Shown piece by piece: positions 51,734 through 64,000 of a stretch of DNA of 64,000 nt. The notes beneath the pieces are model-generated. The model ran no database searches. It saw nothing but the letters and a program-made list of their open reading frames with translations, and was not told the origin of the DNA. Made by a program: the position numbers and the translations under genes. This DNA is from Phoronis australis (taxonomy: Eukaryota > Animalia > Phoronida), in contig NMRA01000001.1 of the NCBI GenBank assembly GCA_002633005.1, positions 4,450,995 to 4,514,994 of the forward strand, written 5' to 3'. Positions within the stretch are counted from its first letter, which is position 1. Each line of letters opens with the position of its first letter.

Positions 51734-51830
51734 CATTCACCTCCTTGTCCACGCGCACATATAATCCTTCACACTTCAGCAAAGGCACGTCTTGAAAAGA
51801 AAACCACTTATTCAACACCCGGAAGTGTGA
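51734..51830 (-). promoter_or_regulatory. Probable COQ8 core promoter and non-coding first exon
   Basis: The COQ8 ATG exon begins after an acceptor (TTTTCTAG, exon start 48451), implying an upstream UTR exon. Donor GTATGT at 51733 and ETS motif CCGGAAGTG at 51819-51827. Inferred. Confidence 0.45.
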
Positions 51831-53159
51831 GCATTATGAAACATGAAAGCGAGGCAAATGTACTCCGTTTCACAGTATAAAATCCTAAAACAAAATTATA
51901 AAGTATCATTTGATCTATATTTCATAACATTTATAAAGTGTTTAATGTAAAAGGTTCACAAGAATAAGAGTTCTCTAAGTATATTTTGTGGGCAAGGGGA
52001 TTGGGTTTTTTAGCGTTACGTCAACACTTGAAAACAACTCATTTCTTTTTTTTCTCAAACATCACAACAATCTAAACTAGAGTTGAGCTGTTTTAACTTG
52101 TAGTGCGTAGTGAAAGAGAAGCCCTGTAGGTAATTGTTTTCATTTTAACACATATTATTTTCGGTGTTTAAAAGTTACAAATCGTGCTACCTACGAGCCT
52201 AATTCAGACTCAGTGCGACTTACGCGAGGAGGGAGACGGGCGTACCGCAAAAACGGTAAGATTGGATGGGAAGTGGCCGTGGGAGAATTTGGCGTTCATC
52301 ATATTCCTTAAATTTCGGACTCAGCGTTTTGTATCAACAGAGTCTTAAAATAGACTTAGCAGGCAACGAAGTCGCTAGAAAAAAGTCATTGCTGCCGATG
52401 CAACCTTTCCATGTGTCCCCACAGCATACAGCTCATGGGTGGNGGGGGGGGGGGGGGGGGGGGGGGGGGTATAGCCCCCACTTATTTCAGTCTGCGACGC
52501 CTATGTAGCGTGTAATGTCAAGGTGACCCGTTGAAATGAAACTGCTGGTTGCGAAAAATAGGCAAGGTGTTTTCAACGTGAATTGCATTGCCTGTGGCTG
52601 TGGCTGTGGCAGGCTGTGGTCACTGCTCAGGCGTCCAAAGTTGATAGTGTAGGCAACATGTAGCCCCTCAGCTAGTATACTGTGAGTAACACCATCTCAA
52701 CTGGTCATATCCCCTGGCATGAACATTGTAAAAATAGCCAGTTGCCGATTTGGACAACTGAATGAAGGACTGTTCGAAAAAAGGTTGATTTAGCAAGTAT
52801 TTGTTCGAGATGGGTAGATATAAAGAAATCAATGGACTCCTAAGGTGTCCACCTCTACTAGGGCCAGTTGAGGCAGTTTGTTCTGTCTACTCATCTGGCT
52901 GTCCAGGAAATACAATATTCCCCATCGTTTCCATACTAATCTCATTACGTGTATTTTAAACGGGTGGTAGTCTAAATCTTGTCACAGAATAAGAGGTTTT
53001 CACCTCGTCAAAATTACATTTTACACTTAAAAATGTCACTCAAAGAGTGCTTACTTTCTTCAGCGATCATTTCTTGTTCTATACACATCCTTGATGAAGT
53101 ATGTGTACAGGAATCAAAATGACTGGTGAAGAATTCCAACTCCACTTTTAGGTCGTCCT

Positions 53160-53540
53160 TACCTTTTTCACCGTGGGCGCAATTGACGTCACACGAGTTA
53201 AGCAACAACAAGCGTGAGAATGTGCAAAGAACGTGACCTGCCGCGTGACACTTGCAAAACTAAGCATGGGAAAACATTCAGTGGAATTTGTAAGATTTGT
53301 GTCCCTTGGACTTTTTGTTCACCAACAGGTGGTATTTTGTGTAACTTCTTCAAAATGGCACCCGCTGAAGGAAGTTTGAGTGAACTGCGACAGATTTTTA
53401 ATGGATATGTTCGAGTTATATTGTCTAAATTGTCTCCAGAGTCATGGAAAATATTAATTTTGACTCTGTATACGTGCGTGTTTCATTTGATGTTATTGAC
53501 TGTAGTTTGACATATCGAGTAACTTTTTATGGAGGTATGA
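53160..53540 (+). promoter_or_regulatory. Candidate promoter / first exon of the divergent + strand gene
   Basis: CRE palindrome TGACGTCA at 53184-53191, YY1-like CAAAATGGC at 53351-53359 and donor-like GAG|GTATGA at 53535. Inferred only. Confidence 0.3.
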
Positions 53541-54670
53541 TATCGCCTGTGAATGCCTGTGCCATACGGTAGTGTAACCTCCCATAATTCTTTGGAAAAT
53601 TTTATCGGCCAACATTGGATCTAGGATGCATGGACAACATATCTATTGCAAGGTTTTTTTCCTGTGTAGGAAGGGGAGAAATCACTGTGGTGCACTCTGA
53701 ATTACAGCTGGTACTTATTCAAGCATAAAAGCAAAGAATATAAAAATAAAAGCGTTTATGTTCTATTAATTATTGATCAAATGAATGATAAAATTTTTCA
53801 TCCAGAAGAGTTCATAATGCCATGATCCCCCTCTTCGTCGTGTTTTTGCTGGAAGCAAATCAACTATCAAGTGGTAGGCACAGGAAAGATGAGCCGTCTT
53901 CATCTACTACATCAGAAACCGTGTGGCGCTGTGTGCCAGAATTTTGTCCATGGTTAATTTTGCTGCATTTCTGGTGATTCTGGAATTAAGTATGGGCAGT
54001 ATTGCCTATTTCTAGAATTTGGGGCAAGCTCCAGCCTTTAGCAAAATTGTAAATTTTTCACTGTCCCAAATTGGAGAAGTTTTACCTTGCTAATAACTGA
54101 ATTTCTGTCATCTAAATCTGAATTGAGATCAAACAGAAGATGCTTTTGTGCTCTCATTATTCTAGTGAGTGCTGCCAATGACAGAAAGATGTGATCTTCT
54201 CTTGGAATAAACATGGAATGGAGAGTGCGAAAGCTGAGTTAAACGAGTGGATGAGTTGGCGATTCATTGTGTAATGGATTGACTCACTGGCATGATTTCA
54301 CTGCAATTCGAACAAATTTTCAGTTTGTCTTTGAAACACAATTAACCGTCAAATCTATTAAACAGCAAATATGAAGACTATCTTTCTAAGACTTATAAGG
54401 ACATAAACTTGGAAGACTTGGCAAAAGACTACAAAGATTTTGTTGCAGCAGGGGAAGTAGCGTCAAATGTTGAAGGACCGATACAATTAACTTTTTCACT
54501 TCATTCACAGATAGTCTAGGCGGAACAGTTCCCAATGTTGTGGTACTTTGTGTGTGTTGTTGACACATGCAATTGGCACTATAAGTTGCGGAAGGTGCTT
54601 TTCGAAACTCTTTGAACTGATAGCAAATTATTTGTGGCCAACAATGAGTCAAACAGGGCTGACTGACCTA

Positions 54671-56108
54671 CCGTATTTGCCCTAGTAACCGCACAGGGTG
54701 CTTAGAAAAATTTGTTTCAGGGGGTGCTTATTGTAACCCAAGGCGGTTGAAACTCGGTCTCCGAAACGGGTGAAATCAGAAGCTAAGATTTATCATATTT
54801 ACGCTCTGTGACCTATCTGTAACCTATGAAAGACTTTCTACAAAATTGTGGTGCATTGCTATCAAACTTTGCTGTTAAATTACGGTCATTTTACTGAAAA
54901 TTATGCATAAATCCCAAATAAATCGTCAATATGGCAACTTGAATGCTTGAATAAAAATACAGTTTCAGCTCAATCAAATTACTTGAAATCTTCGTTAAGT
55001 TTTCCAGATAGCATCCCTAAAATTTTTAAGTTCCCTTAGAGTTGGGATTATGGGCAGGTTAAGTCCAAATCTGGGCTAGATCCTGCCGTCTATGATCGTA
55101 GGCCTACCCGGTAACACATGAAAAAATCTCTGGACATGTCATATGACGTTTGTTTTGAAGTTTGTCTGCGTGCCGTGTGTGAGTAAGCGAGCGCGTTCGT
55201 GTCACTGGAGTTCATTTGCCAGAGTAAATGCAATCTAACAAGTACATGTGCATTGTACACTAACAGAAAGCAGAACGTGTTTCATTCAGCTCTTGCTGGT
55301 CTCATCTGCTAAAAAATATTTGGCAGTCTTCTCGGTAAGGCCCATATTATAGTCGGCGTGTGGCTGGATGCGTACATGACTGTCTGACAGTTATTTTTCG
55401 TGTGGGAGCAGTCACTGTCAGTAGCCATTTTATTGGATATTTGGCTTTAAAAATAGTTATGATTAATCAAACAATCCTTCTTAAAAATAATGCAATTTTA
55501 TGGTATTAGAAACTGTCGGAAATTAGTGCCAATATTTATTCTTGCCGATTCTATACTACCCGTTTCATGAATGGATATTTCAGGACTAATGTCTTTGATG
55601 ACAGCCGGTACATGTATGTGGCGCACGGTTCCTGGCCACTTGCTATTAACACTGGTCGGGGTTTTTTTTATTAGTCTTCAATTCCCAGTTTTCACGTGTA
55701 CGAAGACATTTGGATTCCTGTTGAGGGCAGGAAATATCTACAATACCATCCTGTTGACAAGTACGCTGCATCTGTTCTATAAAGGATAGACCATTGTACG
55801 ACACATTCCTTGCAAAATCAGCAAAAACTTTGAGTTCTTTTTGAGGCACGGCAGAAGTTTGAAGTGTATGGTCACGGCTAAATACTGACATAGAGGCGAG
55901 GCTCGTCTACAAATTCTGCGCACAATGAATTTTTCGGGTCTGTCGGATATTATTGATAAATTGAAGATGTTCTTGTAGAATTCTAGGACTGTAGGTAAGG
56001 CATTTTTCGCGCGTACATGTTCATGGTCTGGGCACTTATTTTAACAAAGTCTGAAAACGCGTGGGGGGCCGCTTATAGGGGTATGGGTGGTTATTAGGGC
56101 GAATACGG
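54671..56108. mobile_element. Tc1/mariner-pogo-type non-autonomous element
   Basis: TIRs CCGTATTTGCCCTAGTAACC / GGTTATTAGGGCGAATACGG, with TA at 54669-54670 and 56109-56110. Confidence 0.85.
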
Positions 56109-58839
56109 TATCTATTATTTTGATTGAGCACGAGGTGGTTGACACATTTGATTTTTGAAAAGGAGTTTGAAGAGCAAAGGATAGAAGAATATACAAATGA
56201 AATCATTTAATCATGTCTGGGGTGTGTAGCAATTTTTTATCGTTCCAGGCTGTGTAAACTTATGTATTGTTCATAATTTCGCTATATATATGGCAAAGTG
56301 AGGTGTTGTTCATAGTTTTGTGACAATACGTTTACTGATGAGCTGTCTGACATGGTTTAGAGAGTTGGTTATAACTCCTGTGTTTGAATAAAAAGTCAAT
56401 GGGTTTCTTGCAAGAGAGTACTTTGACCATTGTGTGCTCAAATTCATTCAGTAAATAAATTATTAATATCCCCCCCTATGCTATTGCCAGCATCAAATTT
56501 GAACTCAGTCAGTTACTTCTAAATTAAGATTTTATAGCATTGTGCATTCAAAGTGTGCAGTGAAGCACAGGATGAATTTGCCACTCTAAATATTTTATTT
56601 TCACACTTGGGAGGTTTGAAGTGTTGATTTAAGACTTGTTAAAGTTTGTGTCTTCTTTTAACTGTGTTGATTGATAACATGTCTTGTTATCTTGCCTGTA
56701 GGAAGTGGTTCAAGTGAGATAAGTGTTTCATAATGGGTCAGGGTTAATGTGTTCAATTTAGATAGCACTGGCAGTGCATCTGTAAAATAACTGTTATGGC
56801 AACTTTTTGAAATGTGAGATATGACTAACACAATGGAATGACTAAAACCTAGTAGTAGTATAAAAATTATTGTATAATAGAAATAAAGTAGTAATTAGTT
56901 AATTAAAATGACTACTAATTTTGTATATACGTGGTGGAAAACATCATTTAAATGCCCACATGTAATGTGGTCGCATCCAGTCATCATCCTGTCAGATCCT
57001 GTCTGGTTGTCTGGGTGTCCTCTTGATATCTTATCTAACCCTGGTCAGATCTTGATGAAATCTGGTGTGTGAAGGGCATCACTAGAACCAGGCCTGCCAC
57101 TTTTCAATAGGCCCTGCTCTCCAGGACTAGAAGACAGGACTTTTCAATTCACTGACTTTTGCGGAAGATCATTTCGGGATGATATCTATAGAATTGATGG
57201 ATGGATATCACTGAAATTAACACAGAGGTATGTGATGTCAATGTGCCCGCACTAGGTGATTTTTAGGTGGATTTGACCAGTGCAGCTCCACCTCGTATCA
57301 CAAGGGGCTGATACCTAGACAGATCAAATTAACGGATATCAAAGAAACTTTCCACAGTAGTATGTGAGGACAATGCCTTGGCACCAGATGATGGTGGGCA
57401 GATTTGGCCACTGCAGCACCCCCTAGTGCTTGCTTTGATCTCGGCGAAGGCTTCTATAGAACTTTCGCAAGGAAGAATGATTATATAGATCTAGGCAACA
57501 CAATTGACTGAGTGCATTGAGACTAATTGACGCAGGGGCATGTGATGATGGCATTGTGTCAACAACAGTCATAAGGCCCTGATTGGATCTTGATGGCCAA
57601 TAGGAAAAGTTGCAGTCATCGAAAATGCCCAACAATCTGCTGGTACCGGCACAATGCTGTCACATGCCTCTTCATCAAGTTTCATTGAAATCCATTTATC
57701 TGTTCTCGAGATAAATTCCAGAAATTTTGCTCGTCTCCCTCAAGAGTACTGAAAAAGTCTGTTATCGAGATCAAAACAGTCACAAGGGGTGCTGCAGTGG
57801 TCGAATCTGCTCAACAATTAACTGGTGCTGGCTCTTTGTTTGTTGTCACATACTGTTGTGTCAAGTTTCATTGAAATCCATGTACCAATTCTCGAAATAT
57901 CGTTCAGTAACATTGTTCCCCAAAACGCCCATTTCGAAGGATTGGTTTCTGTACTGCTTCAAAACTCACTTCCTAGATTGACCAAGTCTGTGCTGTTTTT
58001 TTGCAGTCAGGACCCTCTAATATTGAACTTTGGTTAAATGCTTTTCAGCACTTGTTCTATTTCTTTAGGTAATTTAACCAAATTTTGTGCATGAAAGCCC
58101 CATTCACACTAAGGTGGTTCTCACTAGATGTCGCCACTTTCTGAGAAAAATGTTCAACGGAGAGAACGGCTGGAAGATTAGTTTGATTGCTCTACTGCCA
58201 TTAAAAGCATAATTAATGTGTGCTCCATAGGTGTTTGCACTGCAATTCCAGCCCTCAGGCTTAACCAGCAGTTAGCCTGCATTTTGATTGTGTTGATTAT
58301 AAAGCCGCTTATCACTGAATTCAACATAAACGGTGAAAAAATCATCCATCAGTTTATAAAAATTGTGACCGCATCCATTTTGAACACAGACAAGATAAGT
58401 GACACACAACCTGTGGAACAAGTCGTACGATCAAAGAGTTTACCATGGCCATGCACTATAGTGATGAATTACTTTGACGTCAACTTGTGGTTTCTAAAAT
58501 GTTTGATATTTGAATGTAAGTGTTTTGCAAATCCAGGATGCCTAAGGCTTAACATCAGAAATTCACGGAAATTTCCTTTAATATTTTTATGAAGTTAGGC
58601 TGTTAGAGTAGCTCATCGTGCTCGAGAATAGCGGAAGACATGATTTTGAAGAGGTATTGTTTGTAGAGTGTGTGCTGTTGACTCCCTGATGTGTTCAAAA
58701 TATGTTGCATGTTTTTCCAGGTTCTGTTGATTCATAGTCAGCTGTTTTCAGCACTTGACTGTATCGTGGTGTAGACTGTGCTATTTATAGTATTTTCCTT
58801 GTCTTGCTTATAGCACTAATTACTATTGTCTGGTTTCAG

Positions 58840-60047
58840 ATAAGACAAAGAGTACGAGTGGAAATGTCATGGATGACTACAGGCCACGTGCCCGATGGAC
58901 TAGTCCGGCTCCGATGCAACACAGAGTGCTGCAGCAACGACGGCCATCTATTGAGGAACTGATTCGAAAGTACTCTCCAGCCAAGGAGACTTCCTCTTCT
59001 CATGAGTACCAGCGCCACTCTGTGGAAGAACTTGTAAAGAAGTATTCCAATGCCAGCCTTGCCTCTAGTTGGTCTCCGGGCGATGCTCAAATCTGTCGTA
59101 GCTCGATCACCGCTTCTCATCATTCCAGTCACCAGCGAGGTCGCCAGTCATTCCAACTTGCCGTCTCGCGTTTAACTCCAGCTAGAAGCTGTGATTCTAT
59201 TGATCAGCTGTCTGACTCTTCTCGCGATGTTGCCACTAGATATAGAAGTCATTCCCAGAGAGACATTCAGTATAGGCCAGCCCAGTTTACTGCCTCTTCA
59301 CCACCTTACAGTCCAAATCATAATCCTTGGAATGGAGAAATGTCTACCAGTGAGAAGCCGTGTTCTGTTGAATTACTTAGTGAAAAGAAAAGCATGGACG
59401 ATGAAGTGACCAATCAAATGTCATTTCTATTGCCAGATGAATATAATCATGGTCGCCTCAGTCGCAAGTCGAGTGGATGTGATTCTGCTGTGGATCTTGA
59501 TGAGGCTGACCATGAAATATCTTCATTTGAACTGTCTCATACCTCAGCTGTCTCAGAAGACTGCACTCAGTGCACTAATGACCAGGATGGTCCACCTTCT
59601 AATCAGGGAACCACGAGCAATTGTTCATTCCAAAAACTCATTCCCGACCTTGCTAGAACGCCCTCGTTAAGCATCTGCAGCCAGAACCACAACTTTTCTG
59701 GAACATGTAAGGTTCCTTCAGAAACATTTAAGGTCCCTTTGGAGACGTGTAAAGTCCCTTCGGTGGTTGTCAGTGATTACAGCTGTGATGAGATTGAGAG
59801 CACCAGGCTACACATCAACTGCGCACTTAAGGGTAGTAGTAGTGGGGGTCATCAAGATCAGTTGCGTCAGGTGACTAGTGACCGTGAGGGTCCCCAGGAT
59901 CAGTTGTGCCATGTGACTAGTGTTCCCGTGTCTCTGTCAAGGAACTGTTCGAGTACCAGTATCAGCTCCACCATATCTATTGACTCCACAGCTGATGAGC
60001 TCGACTCCCCCCAGGAGATGGTCAACTGGCGCTGGGAAGGCAAAGCA
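58840..60047 (+). CDS. Large Ser-rich, probably disordered N-terminal exon; inferred inositol-trisphosphate 3-kinase (kinase exons not in window)
   Basis: Acceptor TTTCAG at 58839, ATG at 58869, then 393 codons to a strong phase-0 donor GCA|GTAAGT at 60048. Coding status is well supported. The ITPK identity is inferred from synteny with COQ8 and F-tractin-like motifs. Confidence 0.6.
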
Positions 60048-63000
60048 GTAAGTAAAGACCAAAGTTATTAGTTAGCCTTCTTATGCACTCACATATACCT
60101 GTAGCTGTGTGTATTTGCTGCCGTCTGTCTATATGAGCATCAGTGTGCATGGTTGCATGAAACAGTTGCAAACAGGTATTTCACTATATTCCTCAATTTT
60201 TAACCACTAGTGACATTTGTGGACTTCAGAAAGGACTGATTGTCTTTTCTTGATGCTGTTTTATATTCACAACTAAGTCACTTTTGGTTTTAATATAGAC
60301 TGAAAGTAAACTATTCGTTGAATTTTCAACATTATTGAAAATAAGTAGGGATAATTCAACGCCTCCAAATTATGGGCTGGGCCTCTTATTTATTTTCACT
60401 GAAATGAGGGCCCAGTTTTTAGATATTTTCATAGAATACGTCAGATATGTCATATTTTTGAAGGGATCCAACTATTGGCAATTTTAGTTTTTGCGTTTGC
60501 TTGTGCCAAGTTCCTCTAGGGATCTTTACCAAACTTTGCAGATGTGTTAGTCAATTTTAAATTCAGTGGGGTTGCTCATTTTAAGTGCGTGAAAATGTTT
60601 GTAAAATGAGTACCCCTTAAACGTTGTGATCCTCATGCGGACCGCATAATAACTGAACACTATGCGCTGCTCTTGTTCTGTTTCAAACAGCTTTTAAATG
60701 AGAATGCCTCTCGATTTAATTAGTTACCTTCTTAATCAGTCTATATCCACATCACCTTGTATAGGGTCGATCTCACCTATCCAAAAGGTGCCGCGCTAAC
60801 CTGTGAGGAAGGTGAGTACACGACGCAGCGACGTCAGTGGTTCTTCAGCCGAGTGTGTGCCGCTATGGTGTGGCGTATTGTTCCCGCTTGTGTGAACCAC
60901 GAAGCTGCTGTCTATAAATCCATAACTTACAGTGAAATAAAACGATGCATTTGTTTAAAAACTCAATTCATTTGTAAGGGTTTTACATCGAATTTTGATG
61001 AATGAAAGTGATTTATTGGTGTAAAACGATGAACTCAAGCGATAAGCTGACACCAGTAAGCCCCTTGTGAACTGCTGACTGTGTTAAAACCTGTGACGTC
61101 ATTGGTTAATTTCAACACCTCCGTCTGCCGTCTGGTGTCAGGTAGAAGAACTGAACGTGCTGTTTTCGAGTGTGACTACTCGATCTAAATTAATACAAAA
61201 TACATTGTTTTTTCGTGGCATTCTCCTTAAATGTCATAGTTGTCTAATGATAGGTATATCTCAAATTTTGATGTATTCTAAAAATAAGATAGTAAACTAT
61301 ACTTGTCATCTGATATCACTTAGATTTTGCCTTGGTTTTACAAATATAGTCAAAATCCATCGTCCAAGTCATTTCTAAATACAGCAGAAAACATGTCAAA
61401 ACTCATTGGTAAAATCATAAAATAGCTAAATGTGCATCCATTAGGGCATTCTCCGGTTCAGTGACTTTAGGAGACCTAGAGTGGTTGTGAGCTTGTGATA
61501 ACATGTAGCTCTTTGTTAAGTGCAGAGCACATTTTTTGTCTGGTATGACAACATGCAAACTAATTATCTACCAGGCTTAATTTACCGACCACCTGTGAAC
61601 ACAGTCAAACCCAGTGCGTTGGTATATTGGGACAGAATAGATTGTCTTAACTTTGGTTGTAGTTGGGCGATTTTGGTGGTTAAAAAACTAACCATGATCA
61701 GCATTTGAGGAGGAATTCAGATTATGTTATTAGTTTATGTTCAAACATCTTGTGGCTTAACTTTTTATTTTTAACAGCACAGCAGGCTAGATACGGGATT
61801 TGAGCAATTATCGAACAAAAGAGAGCTGACCCTCCAACCATAAATGCCAAAAGGGACCCAGTTAGCCATTGTAAGATATTGTCTACAGGGGTCATCCGCC
61901 CAACTTGTGCTGTACAACCCAACAAGTTGGACTCATCAAGATCACCCTAATGTCTTGTCACCTGTTTTATCTTCATATGTCACCTGTGTCCCTTTGTTTG
62001 TCATTTGTTCTCTTTTTAGGTTCATATGTCATCATTCATTAAAAGCAGAAAGATGTCTCATCCTACAAGAGTGCATTTAGTCAGTTGTTTTCATCAGACT
62101 TGATCACTTGTACCATGTCAGCATGTTTTACATTAATTACAAAAATGATTTTTTTTAATGTTTATTACGAAATCTTCAGAATACAATGAATATACATAAC
62201 CCAGAAAGCGCCAAGAGGCATTAGATCTGGGTAAAATGATCATCTTCAGTGTTACCATCTCTTCATTGTGAGCTAGTGCTTGAAAAAAGTTACGAAGTGG
62301 CCATATTTATTTTGAAAAATGTGGTTTGTTAATAAATGTTTTCTGTCTCTGGAAGTGATGACCTGACAGGAATCGTCTTTGGCAAATAAATGCAAAATTT
62401 AGACATTGCTGTGAACTACCAACTTTGTGTGCCGGCATAGGTTTCATAATAGCCAGTATCTTCAGTCTTGTTTGAATAACTGCTGTTGGGATGGTTGTTC
62501 TAGCAACTGGAAGTGTTTTCTTATCTTCAAATGTCACACTGACTCTTTTGACGTCATAAGATTAACAGTTGTGACGTCTGCTGGTCAAGTCACAATCGTT
62601 CTGCGTGACCTGTTTTACTTGTTTGCTCAAATTAGTAGCACTAGATGCAGGTTCTTTTGAAAGTCAATCTGCATGTTTTTTTTTCTGTACAATGTTAGGT
62701 GTCATTATAGGTGTCAGAGTATGGTGGGCTAGAGACTGAGACTTGTTGCATCTCTGGCCCTTCCTATTGTTAGTAGGTCAAAGGTTATCCAACTTATCTT
62801 GTCCTTCACACTAAACATTGCCACTAGTCATGTGCTATGTGTGCTACCCTCCTGCTGTGAAAGGGTTGCCAGAACGTGGTGTAGGTGTTAATGACTAGCC
62901 CCGTTTCAAATTATCGACATTGTCGATGGAAAAGTTGTGCGACATCCAAATTGCACTTGTATGAATGACTCTGCAACATGTCGTTCAATGCATTGACTGA

Positions 63001-63506
63001 CAAGTTGTGGATAAGTCGAGCAATGTTTCAACCTAGCGCAACATTCCAACCAAGATTTTGCAGAACTGGGGGGAATTATCTAATCACAAATCATGTTTGT
63101 GACCTATGTTGCTCATTCCCATGGTCCCATTCACTGTTGGGTCGTGTATTATAGTGCAAATTTACAGAAAGTTTAACTAAATACAAAGCTGTGTGGAACT
63201 CAACGTCCAAAGATTACAGTTAGTAACGACAAAACAGCTGTATGTTGAATGTTGCATCATAGGTGTTATCTAGCATTGACACACAGGCCTTCATATAGAA
63301 GGTGTCCTGACTCAAATTCGGACACTCTGTTTGGGACGCCCTGTTCAGCAGTTGGACGCCCAAGTGAAGTAAACAATAACATCGGTGTCTCTTTAACTTG
63401 CCAGCAACACTTTGGGAGGTCATTGGTCTGACTAGAATAAAAAAGTTTGTTTAGAAATTATATAAAGAACGGAGACGTTATTACTGCAGAACAATGCTGC
63501 AGTGGG

Positions 63507-63536
63507 ACGTAGGCGCACGTAGGCGCACGTAGGCGC
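63507..63536. repeat. 10-bp perfect tandem repeat x3
   Basis: ACGTAGGCGC x3. Confidence 0.9.
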
Positions 63537-64000
63537 AGCCAACCACCTTTTGGCATTTGAACGTGGCACGTACTCGGTAACTTACGTTCAGTGCTCAAGG
63601 TGATACGATGGGCTTTGGGTGCCTACTTACCTCTAATTTTACCACTACACCACTGCTGCAGAACCATGCGTCCACAGTATGTACCATGCTATAACAATAT
63701 AAATTTGGCTGGTGTCATATTGGCCAATACCAAGCATGACAAACAGTCAGTTAGATTGGAACACCTTACAGGATGTGTTGCATTGTTATTCACACATGCG
63801 CTTTTGTTGTTGGCTAATCCGTTGTGCAACTTTTGAGCTGGTAATATCGCTCGTCTGAAACAGGCTTCGCTTGTGTGACTGCCTTAAATTGCTTTTCTCA
63901 AAGGGCAATCTAGATCAAAAACTTAAAAATATATATACGAAATTAAGTAGTATTTAACATGGCATTATGCTCACCTCCTTTCTGTGATCAAGCTAAAATC

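Noticed and set aside
52439-52470. Poly-G run as a G-quadruplex promoter element
   Set aside because: Contains an N and lies in a MITE-like context, so its length is unreliable.
53355-53510. 51-aa ORF with hydrophobic tail (MAPAEGSL...LMLLTVV) as a micropeptide/uORF
   Set aside because: No recognisable homology and the length is expected by chance; it would need Ribo-seq or conservation evidence.

Overview
Intron-rich, AT-rich genomic DNA from a eukaryote, most likely a bilaterian invertebrate. It is a draft assembly with a 793-nt N gap and three single Ns. Genes were reconstructed by hand from GT-AG sites and reading frames. They are: the last 7 exons of POLA2 (+); a LicD/fukutin-family nucleotidyltransferase with an uninterrupted CDS (-); two tandem ependymin-related (EPDR) paralogs with matching exon structure (+); a complete 12-coding-exon COQ8/ADCK3-4 kinase (-, 696 aa); and a large Ser-rich exon of a divergent gene inferred to be an inositol-trisphosphate 3-kinase (+). 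Mobile DNA includes a Sola-like DDD transposase in EPDR-1 intron 2, LINE fragments, several MITE families with readable TSDs and many intronic minisatellites. The most striking items are: (i) a Helentron-type (HINE) element between the EPDR paralogs carrying 8 co-oriented CTCF-like motifs mostly ~145-150 bp apart; (ii) a head-to-head COQ8/putative-ITPK pair echoing human COQ8B-ITPKC, with two F-tractin-like motifs in the ITPK candidate; (iii) a divergent LicD/EPDR pair. No database searches were run; family calls rest on recognised motifs.
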